A stretch of 52,161 nt of DNA from a bacterium. Lineage in GTDB: Bacteria; Zixibacteria; MSB-5A5; GN15; FEB-12. A program made the position numbers and the translations under genes. This document shows positions 8,610 to 17,999 of this stretch, piece after piece (position 1 is the first letter of the stretch; every line of letters starts with the position of its first letter). The stretch is taken from NCBI GenBank assembly GCA_029211095.1, contig JARGFS010000002.1:1-52161 (forward strand), given 5' to 3'. The notes under the pieces were generated by a model that was given only the letters and a program-made list of their open reading frames with translations, did no database searches and was not told where the DNA came from.

Positions 8610-9227
8610 ATGACCAAGAGAATCGAAACTTACCTTGAAAAACTAATACCGGAGCGTGACGCTATTCTCAGGGAAATGGAAGTATACGCCGACGATAAAG
8701 GTTTCCCAATAATAGGCCCTCTGGTAGGAAGATACCTGTACCAGTCGGCCATGACCATTAAAGCCCGCAGGGTCTTGGAACTCGGTTCCGGATTCGGCTA
8801 CAGCGCTTTCTGGTTCTCCCTGGCCATGAAGGGGAAAGGGAAAATTGTAATGACCGACGGCAACTCCGCCAACAAGCGCAAAGCGTTTGATTATTTCAAG
8901 CGGGCCGGTCTGCAAAGCCAGTTTGAGTTTAAGGTTGGAGATGCGCTGAAGTCTGTCCGAAGGATCGATGGCGAGTTCGATATTATTCTAAATGATATAG
9001 ACAAAGCGGCCTATCCCAAAACAATTGATATTGCCGCTTCCAAACTCCGCAAAGGTGGGCTTTTCATCACCGATAATCTGATCTGGTCGGGTAAAGTATG
9101 TGATCGAAATCCCGATGAAGAGACTGAAGCGATTGTTTCTTTCACCAGAAATCTTTATAATGACAGCCGTTTTTTCACAACCGTGCTGCCATTGCGAGAC
9201 GGCGTTGGGGTGGCAATCAGATTGTAA
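8610..9227 (+). CDS. Class I SAM-dependent O-methyltransferase (family 3, caffeoyl-CoA OMT-like)
   Basis: VLELGSGFGYSAFW SAM-binding loop and DIDKAAYP motif. GAGG lies 5 nt upstream of the ATG at 8610. The ORF track starts at the TTG at 8607. Confidence 0.85.
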   Translation: MTKRIETYLEKLIPERDAILREMEVYADDKGFPIIGPLVGRYLYQSAMTIKARRVLELGSGFGYSAFWFSLAMKGKGKIVMTDGNSANKRKAFDYFKRAGLQSQFEFKVGDALKSVRRIDGEFDIILNDIDKAAYPKTIDIAASKLRKGGLFITDNLIWSGKVCDRNPDEETEAIVSFTRNLYNDSRFFTTVLPLRDGVGVAIRL

Positions 9228-9665
9228 ACAGCATCACCGGCGGCACTGCTGGCATTTATTTAGAATGTTATTTTTTTGCAGCGAACAAAACGGCCGTTGC
9301 TGCGTTTAATAAGTAGATCTTGCAACTGATGGCGGAAAAGTCCGGGTCAAGATTACAATAGTCTGAGCTACAGACGGCAGATCGGGCCACCAGAGTTTTC
9401 ACTAAACAGAATTTAGGAGCAGTGCTGGAACTATTGCTCCGATTAGACAGGGTGATGATTTTAATCCCGGGCAGAAAAGTAGTCAAATTAAGATATGTTT
9501 ACAAAGATTTATATTGACAAATTACACGGAAACTGTTTCTTGTGCCTGCGTTTAGGTAGTGACGCCTTCGGCAAGGAGGCAACCAAACGTGAGGTCATTG
9601 GGCGATATTCGCAAGAGCATAATGCGCCTTAATTTCCCAAGATAGACAGGACAAGGTTCACAGTT

Positions 9666-9690
9666 TCAGGCTGGTCTGCAGACCTGCTGA
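9666..9690. promoter_or_regulatory. Palindrome centred on ggtctgcagacc, directly upstream of the SD of the ArsC/Spx-like gene
   Basis: Perfect 12-bp palindrome at 9673..9684 with partly complementary flanks (tcagg.../...ctga). The AAGGAG SD follows about 20 nt later. This is a candidate operator or RNA hairpin. Confidence 0.3.
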
Positions 9691-9718
9691 AAAAAGAGCA
9701 AATACTCAAGGAGTAAAT

Positions 9719-10171
9719 ATGGCACCAAGACGAGCAATTTTCTTATCTTATGGCAGCGATGCCGATTGTTTGGAGACCAAGAAGTACATTGAAGAACTTG
9801 GGGTTCTGCTGATCATTCGTGATCTTAGCAAGGACCCGCTCAGTGTTGATTATCTGACTGATATGATTGGTTATCTGAACATAAACCACTTTCTAAACCA
9901 GGGTTCCGAGTCCTATTCAAAGCTGGGCATAGATAAGAACAAGCATACCAGAGAAGAAATCATTGGCATGATGGCCGAAGATCATACGCTCATTAGACGC
10001 CCGATTATCAGGTCGGCGCGCCTGATCACGATTGGCTGTGACAAAAAGAAGATTGCCCAGATGCTCCAGATGGGGACGGAACAGTTACCGGCCAATGAGA
10101 ATTTCAATGCCCGTCATCAGGGCGGAAGATCGTCGCATCGCCGTAGAGAGTCTTCGTCAGCCTCAAAATAA
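9719..10171 (+). CDS. ArsC/Spx-family (glutaredoxin-fold) protein with a basic, disordered C-terminal tail
   Basis: The fold signature ...HTLIRRPIIRSARLITIGCDKKKI... is typical of the ArsC/Spx family. There is a single N-terminal Cys (DADCLETKKY). The tail reads RHQGGRSSHRRRESSSASK. Confidence 0.7.
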   Translation: MAPRRAIFLSYGSDADCLETKKYIEELGVLLIIRDLSKDPLSVDYLTDMIGYLNINHFLNQGSESYSKLGIDKNKHTREEIIGMMAEDHTLIRRPIIRSARLITIGCDKKKIAQMLQMGTEQLPANENFNARHQGGRSSHRRRESSSASK

Positions 10172-10255
10172 TCTACCGGACAGATTCGCTTAGTTCTTTT
10201 CTTGCGCTAACGTACCGACTATATTCCGAGCGAGATAATTGTGAAAGGAATTAGT

Positions 10256-11932
10256 ATGGATGTTGAGCGCGAAATCCTCGAAACCGATATACTCATAGTT
10301 GGGGCTGGTCCGGCAGGTCTTTCCGCTGCCTACAGGATTGCAAGCCAGGTTGAAAGAGATGAATCTCTGGAGATGCCTGAGATTCTAATTATGGAAAAGG
10401 GTGCCTTTGTTGGGGCTCACGCTCTCTCCGGTGCCGTAATGGACCCGGTGGGGATCAAAGAGCTGATACCTGATTATCTTGAGAAGTCGGTGCCGCTTGA
10501 AGCCGAAGTTGTCTCTGAGCGTTTGTATAGTCTCAGCGAAACCGGCTCTTTTCAGTTCCCATTTACGCCACCATCTCTGAACAATCATGGCTGCCATGTC
10601 ATATCGCTTAACAAGTTTACCGCCTGGATGGGGGAGCAGGTTGAAGCGCTCGGGATGGACATCTTTGCCGGTCTGGCCGGAAGTGAGCTTCTGGTTGAAG
10701 ACGGCCGGGTGGTTGGTGTGCAGACAGTTGATATGGGACTGGATAAGCAGGGGAACAGGAAACCGAATTTTGAACCGGGCTCAATCATAAAGGCGAAGTT
10801 AGTAATACTTTGCGAAGGGGTTCATGGCTCCCTGATGCGGCATGCCTTTGAAAAAATACCGCAGTTAGTGGCCGATTCTCTGCCGCAAGCTTACCTCACC
10901 GGGGTCAAAGAGGTATGGCAGGTCCCCGAAGGGCGGGTTAAACCGGGAGACGTAGTACATACTATGGGTTGGCCGCAGCCCAATCATGAATATGGCGGCG
11001 GTTGGTTGTATGGCATGGCTGACAATCTGGTTTCGGTCGGATTTGCCGTTGGGCTGAATTCGCCCGACCCGACCAACGATCCACACATGAAATTCCAACG
11101 CTATAAGTCGCACCCGGTTATCAAAGAGTTGCTCGAAGGTGGAAGCATGCTCCACTACGGAGCCAAAACAATTCCGGACAATGGCTTTCATTCAATGCCA
11201 AAATTGTACCATGATGGCCTGTTGCTTTGTGGTGACTCGGCCGGATTTCTTAACCCGGCCCGGCTCAAAGGAATCCACCTGGCTATCAAATCCGGAATCC
11301 TGGCTGCCGATGCTGCCATTGAGGCGCTCAAAAGTAATGACTTCTCCGCCCAGAGTCTTTCCCGTTACGAAACCAGTTTTAAGTCCAGTTGGGCGTATAA
11401 CGAACTCTACAAGACGCGAAACTTCCATGCGGGTTTCAAAGGCGGACTTCTGGCCGGAATGTTCCATGGCGCAGTTCAGATTGTCACCGGTGGAAAAGGG
11501 CTCTTCAACAGGCGGGTGAACGATGCGGATCACTCTTACATGCTGACTACGGAAGAGTACAAGGACAGGTTTGGTGAAGCTCCGGTGAAAGCATCTATTA
11601 AGTTCGACAATGATTACAGTTATGACAAACTGACCGATGTTTACAAATCTGGAACGCAGCATGAAGAAGAGCAGCCCTCGCATCTTGTCATCTCTGATCT
11701 GGATATTTGCAATAACCGGTGTACCGAAGAATACGGTAATCCTTGTCAACACTTCTGTCCGGCAGCGGTATACAATATGGTCGATGACCCCCACCGACCG
11801 GGCAAGAAGGAGCTGGAACTGACTCCTTCCAATTGTGTTCATTGCAAAACTTGCGACATAGCCGATCCGTATCAGGTGATTCGGTGGGTTACCCCGCAGG
11901 GGGGAGAAGGGCCTAATTATACTAATCTGTAG
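10256..11932 (+). CDS. Electron-transfer flavoprotein:ubiquinone oxidoreductase (ETF-QO)
   Basis: The FAD motif DILIVGAGPAGLSAA and the C-terminal 4Fe-4S region CPAAVY...CVHCKTCDIADP...GGEGPNYTNL. The ORF track's GTG at 10241 is an alternative start. Confidence 0.92.
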   Translation: MDVEREILETDILIVGAGPAGLSAAYRIASQVERDESLEMPEILIMEKGAFVGAHALSGAVMDPVGIKELIPDYLEKSVPLEAEVVSERLYSLSETGSFQFPFTPPSLNNHGCHVISLNKFTAWMGEQVEALGMDIFAGLAGSELLVEDGRVVGVQTVDMGLDKQGNRKPNFEPGSIIKAKLVILCEGVHGSLMRHAFEKIPQLVADSLPQAYLTGVKEVWQVPEGRVKPGDVVHTMGWPQPNHEYGGGWLYGMADNLVSVGFAVGLNSPDPTNDPHMKFQRYKSHPVIKELLEGGSMLHYGAKTIPDNGFHSMPKLYHDGLLLCGDSAGFLNPARLKGIHLAIKSGILAADAAIEALKSNDFSAQSLSRYETSFKSSWAYNELYKTRNFHAGFKGGLLAGMFHGAVQIVTGGKGLFNRRVNDADHSYMLTTEEYKDRFGEAPVKASIKFDNDYSYDKLTDVYKSGTQHEEEQPSHLVISDLDICNNRCTEEYGNPCQHFCPAAVYNMVDDPHRPGKKELELTPSNCVHCKTCDIADPYQVIRWVTPQGGEGPNYTNL

Positions 11933-11956
11933 CTCTAAACAGTACAGTCATTGCCG

Positions 11957-12208
11957 ATGAATGGACTTGAAACCTGGGTTGGATCGCTGGGAGTTGCTAT
12001 TCTTCTGGTCGCGTTTGCTCTGAACATGATGGGTAAGCTATCGGAGCAGGAGAAGCCGTATCTGACCATGAACATTATTGGGGCCCTTCTGGCCGCATAT
12101 TATGCCTGGGCCGGGGGAGCTATTCCATTTCTGATTCTGGAGGTTGTCTGGGCCCTGGCCGCGCTCTTCCAACTGGTAGTTCCCAATAAAAAAGCCCCGA
12201 CCAACTAA
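11957..12208 (+). CDS. Small integral membrane protein (2-3 TM helices), function unknown
   Basis: Hydrophobic segments GSLGVAILLVAFALNMM, IIGALLAAYYAWAG and IPFLILEVVWALAALFQLV. TTG at 11951 is an alternative start. Confidence 0.55.
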   Translation: MNGLETWVGSLGVAILLVAFALNMMGKLSEQEKPYLTMNIIGALLAAYYAWAGGAIPFLILEVVWALAALFQLVVPNKKAPTN

Positions 12209-12240
12209 GTCAGGGCTTTCTAAGTACTGTTGCAATCAAT

Positions 12241-14073
12241 CTATATTGTAGATTGGTTGGTGTAGTTTTCGATCTCAGAGTTTTCCATCAAATTCTGGAA
12301 CCAGCGTCCGTACAATTCCTGCTGTTTATTATTCAGAATTGCATTTCCGATTGAATCCCGTTTGGCTGTAAACTCAGTCAGATCGGGAGTTATCTTTTCC
12401 AGTAATTTGATGATGACAACACCCTGTCCATGGAGTATCGGCGGGGTATAGTCACCCGGATTGGCGAGCCCGAAAGCAGCGCCGATAGCTTTTGGATCAC
12501 GTCGGAGTTCATCGACAAACTGACCACGACCAAACGGATCAAGCTCCTTGTACTCATCGTCATGTTTCTTGGCGGCCTCTTTGAACGAATCGCCAGCCTG
12601 AATTTCAGCATAGATGGCGTTGGCCGTATCCGTGCAAAGCTGAATAACTTTGTACTTCTGGAGATCCTGATTGACTTTGTCACGGACGAGGTCAAAGGAA
12701 GGGACTCCGGATGGATGCCGCTCGGCAACTTCGGCGACAAAATAGGAGGAGTTATTCTCCATCAGACCAGAGATTGCTCCCGGCTCGTTGTTAAACGCAA
12801 ATTCATCAGCTTCCTGATGGGAGCCAATGTACTGAATGTTTCCACCGGTGAAAAACAGAGCTGTCTTCCTGATCGCCAGCCCGATATCTTCAGCCGCTTT
12901 GAGGAATCCATCCGAGCGGGCCGCGGCCAGAAACTCTTCGGCCTTCTTGTAGTTCTGGTCCAACGTTTCCTGCGAGGCTGTCGTTTTAATCAGGATATGG
13001 CTGGCATGCGCTTTCTTGATAGTTTCTTCTTCAGTTTTGCCACGGGGAACTTCCTTTACATCTTCAAATTCGTGCAGCAAAATCAGGTGCCATCCAAACT
13101 GGGTACGGACCGGATCGGAGATATCACCGGGGTTCATGCTGAAGACTTTCTTGTCGAAAGCTTCTACCATCTGCCCGCGCGGGAACAGACCCAGGTCTCC
13201 CCCCTGGCTGGCCGAACCATCTTCGGAGTACTGTTTGGCCATCTCGGCAAAATCGGCGCCAGCTTTGATTGAGTCTTGAATGGCTGTGATTCTGTTATAG
13301 GACTGCTCCCAGTCATAGGGTGCGGCTTTCTTTTCTACCAGAACAATATTCAATCCGGAGCGCGCATCCAGGGTGAAGTCTTCTTTATGCTCGTTGAAGT
13401 ATACTTCCATCTCTTCTTCGGTGCTCTTTGGCGGAGGACGGGAGAAGCGTTCAAAGCCAACATTAATCACGCCAACTTTTACTTTTTCATTGCTGGCCAC
13501 AAAGAACTCTTTGATCTCTGGTTCCGTTACATGGGCCGTCTGAATAACCATTTCCTGCAGTTTCAATTTCAGGATATCCGGTTTGACCGCATTCTCTACA
13601 TTGGCCCAGAATGGGGCCAGCTGCGGGTTGGCCATCGCCTGTACGTATTTCTGGTAATCGAATTGACCGTTGGTCTGGAAATCCGGAATGCCCTGGAGGT
13701 CGGGTGGAGGGGAGAGACGGAGAAAAGCGTACAGTTCTTCGTCTGTTACAATCATATTGTGCTTGTTTACTTCCTGAAGAACCAGATGGTCATGGAGAAG
13801 TTGATTCCAGGCTGTATTGCGCAATTCCGCAAGCCGCTGATCCGGGATCTCTTCTTCATAGTTCTTGGATTCATTCCTAACCAGATTATTATATACCCGG
13901 TTGAACTCCACCCATGAGATCTCTTCACCGTTGACCATACCGGCCATGTTGGCGTCAACCGATTGCTGACGGTTGGTAATATCCAATCCCCATTGCAAAA
14001 TGATCATGCCGACAAAAAAGAACAGCACAATAATAATGATAGGGAGAATCATCTTTCTAAGCGCATCAAACAT
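12241..14073 (-). CDS. ppiD: Periplasmic chaperone / parvulin-type PPIase, PpiD-like
   Basis: N-terminal TM anchor and SurA-like N-terminal domain. The parvulin motif is GGDLGLFPRGQMVEAFDKKVF...QFGWHLI. GAGGAG lies 9 nt upstream of the ATG at 14073. The ORF track starts at the TTG at 14118. Confidence 0.85.
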   Translation of the reverse strand: MFDALRKMILPIIIIVLFFFVGMIILQWGLDITNRQQSVDANMAGMVNGEEISWVEFNRVYNNLVRNESKNYEEEIPDQRLAELRNTAWNQLLHDHLVLQEVNKHNMIVTDEELYAFLRLSPPPDLQGIPDFQTNGQFDYQKYVQAMANPQLAPFWANVENAVKPDILKLKLQEMVIQTAHVTEPEIKEFFVASNEKVKVGVINVGFERFSRPPPKSTEEEMEVYFNEHKEDFTLDARSGLNIVLVEKKAAPYDWEQSYNRITAIQDSIKAGADFAEMAKQYSEDGSASQGGDLGLFPRGQMVEAFDKKVFSMNPGDISDPVRTQFGWHLILLHEFEDVKEVPRGKTEEETIKKAHASHILIKTTASQETLDQNYKKAEEFLAAARSDGFLKAAEDIGLAIRKTALFFTGGNIQYIGSHQEADEFAFNNEPGAISGLMENNSSYFVAEVAERHPSGVPSFDLVRDKVNQDLQKYKVIQLCTDTANAIYAEIQAGDSFKEAAKKHDDEYKELDPFGRGQFVDELRRDPKAIGAAFGLANPGDYTPPILHGQGVVIIKLLEKITPDLTEFTAKRDSIGNAILNNKQQELYGRWFQNLMENSEIENYTNQSTI

Positions 14074-14269
14074 CCGAAAAAACTCCTCGTTTTCTAAGTG
14101 GCGAACCGTATTACTCAATCATCAGGTTCGATTTTGACCGAGCCGAAAAATATAACCTAATCAGCCGATTAAGCAACAGAACCGGCCGTTTTTTTATACA
14201 AATTTCATTGTTTTTGAGGCCAAAATAAGATTCTTTCGTTAAAAGCTAAATAACTCTGGGAATATACAT

Positions 14270-16570
14270 ATGAAGAGCTTATCGACAGTCCTGCAATCTA
14301 TATTAGTAATGGCCTTGATTACCCTTGCGACAGGTTCCGCTTCAGCCGAATCCTGGCCGGTGCAGGGGACGATTGACCTTTCTTCCGGCTTTGGGGACTA
14401 TCGCCCGGGGCATTTCCATGGCGGCGTTGATATCAGAACCGGGGGTGTCGCAGGTTGGGGGGTTGTCTCTCCGGTCGATGGATACGTATGGCGGGTCAAG
14501 ATGTCCTATTCAGGTTACGGAAAAGGGCTCTATATCAAAGGAAATGACGGCCAGATTTACGTCTTTGGCCATCTCTCCCGGTTGGCGGACAAAATTCGGA
14601 CTCCGGTACGGGAAACGCAGCTCAATGAGAAAAAATATTCGGTAGATATATATTTCCCCAAAGACTCCATACCGGTCAAAGCGGGTGAATTGGTTGCCCA
14701 CACCGGTCAATCCGGCTCCGGACCGCCTCATCTTCACTTTGAAAAACGGACCGCCGACAATGTCCCGATCAATCCTCTCGCCTCCGGATTTAGCCTCGAC
14801 GATAAAACTCCCCCTGCTTTTCAGCGGATTTCATTCAAAGCTGCTGATGAGACTTCTCTCTTTGATGATGGAACACGTCAACTGTTCTGGAACCTTACCA
14901 AAGGTTCGGGTGGTACCTACCGACTTGACACCCTGCTCTATTTCAATCAGCCGTTTGGGATTCTGCTGGACTGTTATGACCAGATGCGCCCCGGTGGAAT
15001 GTGGCAGGCCGTTCCGGTTTTGACCCTTTATATTGACGGTCAGGAGGTCTATCACTCCCGGTTTGAAAGGCTCGATTTTGAGACCACTGCTTCGGTGAAC
15101 CTGGAGTTTGACTATCATGAAGCAATCAATGAGCGCAAAAGAGTGCGACGCCTGTTCCATGTCGATGGGAATCGGATGGAAGGGAGCCGATCGGAGAACA
15201 AGTATGGCGGCCGGTTTGGTCTGTCCGGGAATGAGAAGATTGGTCGGCACACAGCCAGGATTGTCGGAAAAGATACCTTTGGCAATGAATCCGAACTGAC
15301 ATTTGATTTTCTCTGGGGCCGTCCTGAAGGAATCTTCACCCTGGATTCAGTTAATCAGCCCAAAGAGGATACCACCCTGTTCAGTTTCACCGCGGTTGAG
15401 GGATGGCAGACGATGGGAATAGATTCCGTGCAGGTGATTTTGAATCGAGGCGATGAGTGGGGGGCGGTGATCGGACAGCATACGGAGCTGGACGCTTCCG
15501 GGCATCTCTCCTGCTACATCCCGGGGAACCGAATTGACCGGGCCGTACTCAGACTGCTGGCCTATTCCGGAAAGAACGGGATGATTCTTGACCCGCCGTT
15601 CAATGGGATTGTTGAAGGAGCAAAACCAAATTTCAAATTTCTTCACGAAATTGTGGAAGACGGGCTTCTGCTGACTATAGATGCGGTGGCAAAAGTCGGC
15701 TATATGCCTCGGGTAGAACTGTATTATCAGGACCAATTGCTGGGGACAGAACATCCTCGGTTTTTCACTATGAATAAATATATTGGGCTTATTCCACCGC
15801 GACCGGAGTATCAGCAGATAGATCGAATAGATGTCTCTTTGTCTTCAGACACCGCCTATCACACTACGACCTTTGACAATCTTTCCATAGTCAGGGTCGG
15901 CGCTGAGACCGATCAGACAATAGCGATCAGTGACAGGATGACAGTCTCCTTTCAACCGGATAATTTTTACAAGCCGAGATTTGTCGAACTCAAAAGCAGA
16001 CCGATTCTTCGCAAAGCCCTGCTCCACATTGACTCTGAACTTCATGAGATTTTCCCCGAAGCCTTCCTGTGCCGCACCGATTTCACGATAGAATATCAGT
16101 TCCGCTCAACGGGCAAATTTAACAGCCACGGAGGAATCTGCTGGTTAGACAAAGAGAAAGACAGCTGGGTCTGGTTGGACAATGAGTTTTCCGACGACAA
16201 GTTGACTTCGTACTCCGAGGGAGGCGGTTCCTTTGCCACGGTAATAGACTACGAGCCGCCAATCGTCAGCAGATTGAATATCTTCAATGGTAAGACCTAC
16301 TCCAACCCGAATCAGCCAATCAGGTTTATCGCCAAAGATTCTCTTTCCGGGCTGGGCGAAGACGAGAATATACTGCTGAAGCTTGATGGAGACTGGCAAA
16401 TTGTCGACTATGATCCTGAGACCGGTCGTTGCTACTGTGAGCCTTCGGTACCGCTTACCAATGGGAAACACCATCTCGCTATAATAATCACGGATCGGGC
16501 TGGTAATGTCAGCGAACAATATATGAACTTCCATGTTAAGGTAAAAAAGGGCGCCAAAGGAAGGCGCTGA
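14270..16570 (+). CDS. Secreted M23-family metallopeptidase with a C-terminal extension of about 570 aa
   Basis: Signal peptide. M23 motifs are HFHGGVDIRT and GQSGSGPPHLHFE. The remainder has no motif I recognise apart from an Ig-like terminal segment. Confidence 0.85.
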   Translation: MKSLSTVLQSILVMALITLATGSASAESWPVQGTIDLSSGFGDYRPGHFHGGVDIRTGGVAGWGVVSPVDGYVWRVKMSYSGYGKGLYIKGNDGQIYVFGHLSRLADKIRTPVRETQLNEKKYSVDIYFPKDSIPVKAGELVAHTGQSGSGPPHLHFEKRTADNVPINPLASGFSLDDKTPPAFQRISFKAADETSLFDDGTRQLFWNLTKGSGGTYRLDTLLYFNQPFGILLDCYDQMRPGGMWQAVPVLTLYIDGQEVYHSRFERLDFETTASVNLEFDYHEAINERKRVRRLFHVDGNRMEGSRSENKYGGRFGLSGNEKIGRHTARIVGKDTFGNESELTFDFLWGRPEGIFTLDSVNQPKEDTTLFSFTAVEGWQTMGIDSVQVILNRGDEWGAVIGQHTELDASGHLSCYIPGNRIDRAVLRLLAYSGKNGMILDPPFNGIVEGAKPNFKFLHEIVEDGLLLTIDAVAKVGYMPRVELYYQDQLLGTEHPRFFTMNKYIGLIPPRPEYQQIDRIDVSLSSDTAYHTTTFDNLSIVRVGAETDQTIAISDRMTVSFQPDNFYKPRFVELKSRPILRKALLHIDSELHEIFPEAFLCRTDFTIEYQFRSTGKFNSHGGICWLDKEKDSWVWLDNEFSDDKLTSYSEGGGSFATVIDYEPPIVSRLNIFNGKTYSNPNQPIRFIAKDSLSGLGEDENILLKLDGDWQIVDYDPETGRCYCEPSVPLTNGKHHLAIIITDRAGNVSEQYMNFHVKVKKGAKGRR

Positions 16571-16585
16571 GACAAGGAGTTCTGA

Positions 16586-17302
16586 TTGTTTATCCCGATA
16601 CGAGATGATGTTCCATCGGTCCGCACACCATACGTAACGATTGGTTTGATATCAGTAAATGCGCTCGTATTTCTTTATTCAATTATGCTTGGGTCGCGCG
16701 GTTTTCAGCTTTTTACAATCCAGTTTGGGTTTATCCCGGCTGAACTGGTGCATTCTCTTGAGTTGACACCAACCCTGCCCGCTTCGGTCTATCTCACCGC
16801 CTTCAGTTCCATGTTTATGCATGGGGGATGGATGCACCTGATTGGGAATATGCTTTTTCTCTGGATATATGGAAACAATATCGAAAATTACTTTGGGCCG
16901 GTGAAATTCCTGATTTTTTATCTGATTTCCGGTCTGGCGGCAATAGCGCTGTTCACCCTTTTTGGACCAAATGGGGAAGTCCCCCTGGTGGGTGCCTCGG
17001 GAGCAATCGCCGGAGTGATGGGTGGATATATGGTGCTGCATCCCCGGGCCAAAATCACTGTCCTGATGCTTTTTATCTTTATCCAGTTCATCGAACTTCC
17101 GGCCAAGACCGTTCTGGGGATCTGGTTTGTCTACCAGATTGTGATGTCGCTGGTTAACACTGTTGGCGGCGGCGGAGTGGCCTGGATGGCCCATGTGGGC
17201 GGCTTCCTGTTTGGATGGCTGATTCTTAAACTACTGGTGAAAATCTGGAGAAAAGGATCAACTCCTTCGGGGGGACAGCGCGTATACAGGATGCAATGGT
17301 AG
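16586..17302 (+). CDS. Rhomboid-family intramembrane serine protease
   Basis: HGGWMHLIGNMLFLW and the catalytic GASGAIAGVMGGY, plus a downstream His (MAHVGGFLFG). TTG start with AAGGAG 6 nt upstream. Confidence 0.9.
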   Translation: MFIPIRDDVPSVRTPYVTIGLISVNALVFLYSIMLGSRGFQLFTIQFGFIPAELVHSLELTPTLPASVYLTAFSSMFMHGGWMHLIGNMLFLWIYGNNIENYFGPVKFLIFYLISGLAAIALFTLFGPNGEVPLVGASGAIAGVMGGYMVLHPRAKITVLMLFIFIQFIELPAKTVLGIWFVYQIVMSLVNTVGGGGVAWMAHVGGFLFGWLILKLLVKIWRKGSTPSGGQRVYRMQW

Positions 17303-17326
17303 TAAAACAGAAATGTGGCGTGACAG

Positions 17327-17737
17327 ATGCCCTGTAAAGATATCACCGATCAACTGCGGCTCCGGCTGGGCAACAGCAACCGGGTGGAACGGTATGAACT
17401 GACCAAAGTGACCTGCGGGGGGAAGGTGGGCAAACAGAGGATGATCCAGCCCTGGCTGGATGATCTTACGGCTGAGCAGGTTCTGTCCGCTACCCCGCAG
17501 GAGTTTCTCCGTTTTTTTGCTGTCGAAGATGAACTGGAGGAATACCTGCTGCTCAAGCAGTTCTTCTCGGTCAGAGCGGGAGTGGCCATTCTTCTTGGGC
17601 AGGAAGCGGGTGGTCCCGAGGATTTTTGCACAGTCGAGGCGATCAACCACTCAGAGCGGGGGACAGTCCTCAGGGCTCATATCAGGATAGACACCATCAC
17701 CGATGAAATCAAAGCCTGTGGCAACTGCGGTAGTTAG
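17327..17737 (+). CDS. Hypothetical Cys-containing protein (136 aa)
   Basis: An ORF with no family I recognise. There are five Cys residues, including a C-terminal CGNCGS. It follows the rhomboid gene on the same strand. Confidence 0.5.
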   Translation: MPCKDITDQLRLRLGNSNRVERYELTKVTCGGKVGKQRMIQPWLDDLTAEQVLSATPQEFLRFFAVEDELEEYLLLKQFFSVRAGVAILLGQEAGGPEDFCTVEAINHSERGTVLRAHIRIDTITDEIKACGNCGS

Positions 17738-17842
17738 CCTTGCTGACTGAGCCTTCTGAACTTATCAAAAAGCCCCTTTTTACTTGTCTTTCATCAGTCC
17801 ACGAATCTATATTTGCTCGCAAATCTATTTGTTTGATTCGGC

Positions 17843-17870
17843 TTGACTATCCGAAAAAAAGTTTTATATA
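17843..17870 (+). promoter_or_regulatory. Candidate sigma-70-type promoter for maeB
   Basis: TTGACT-N16-TATATA, about 130 nt upstream of the maeB ATG. Confidence 0.3.
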
Positions 17871-17999
17871 GGGCTTGTGAAAAAAGTCACCAAGTGCTCT
17901 CTTTTGAGAGATACAATGACCAGAATTGACCTGCTTGAACAGGCCATAACCTGACGGAAAAAAAGACAGGCTGTAAGCTGTCTCAGGAGTTTTTACAAA

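Noticed and set aside
9268-9486. 72-aa minus-strand ORF in the 9.2-9.7 kb intergenic region
   Set aside because: It has no SD. Its composition is Ser/Cys/Leu-rich with no motif, and it has no plausible promoter context.
9672-9688. TGG-N-TGC sigma-54-like reading of the palindrome upstream of the ArsC/Spx-like gene
   Set aside because: The GG-to-GC spacing is one nucleotide too long. The match is a by-product of the palindrome.
12430-13917. Two long plus-strand ORFs (280 and 213 aa) antisense to ppiD
   Set aside because: They lie entirely inside a well-supported ppiD gene. The translations are low-complexity with no motifs, no SD and no signal features. This is typical of antisense shadow ORFs.
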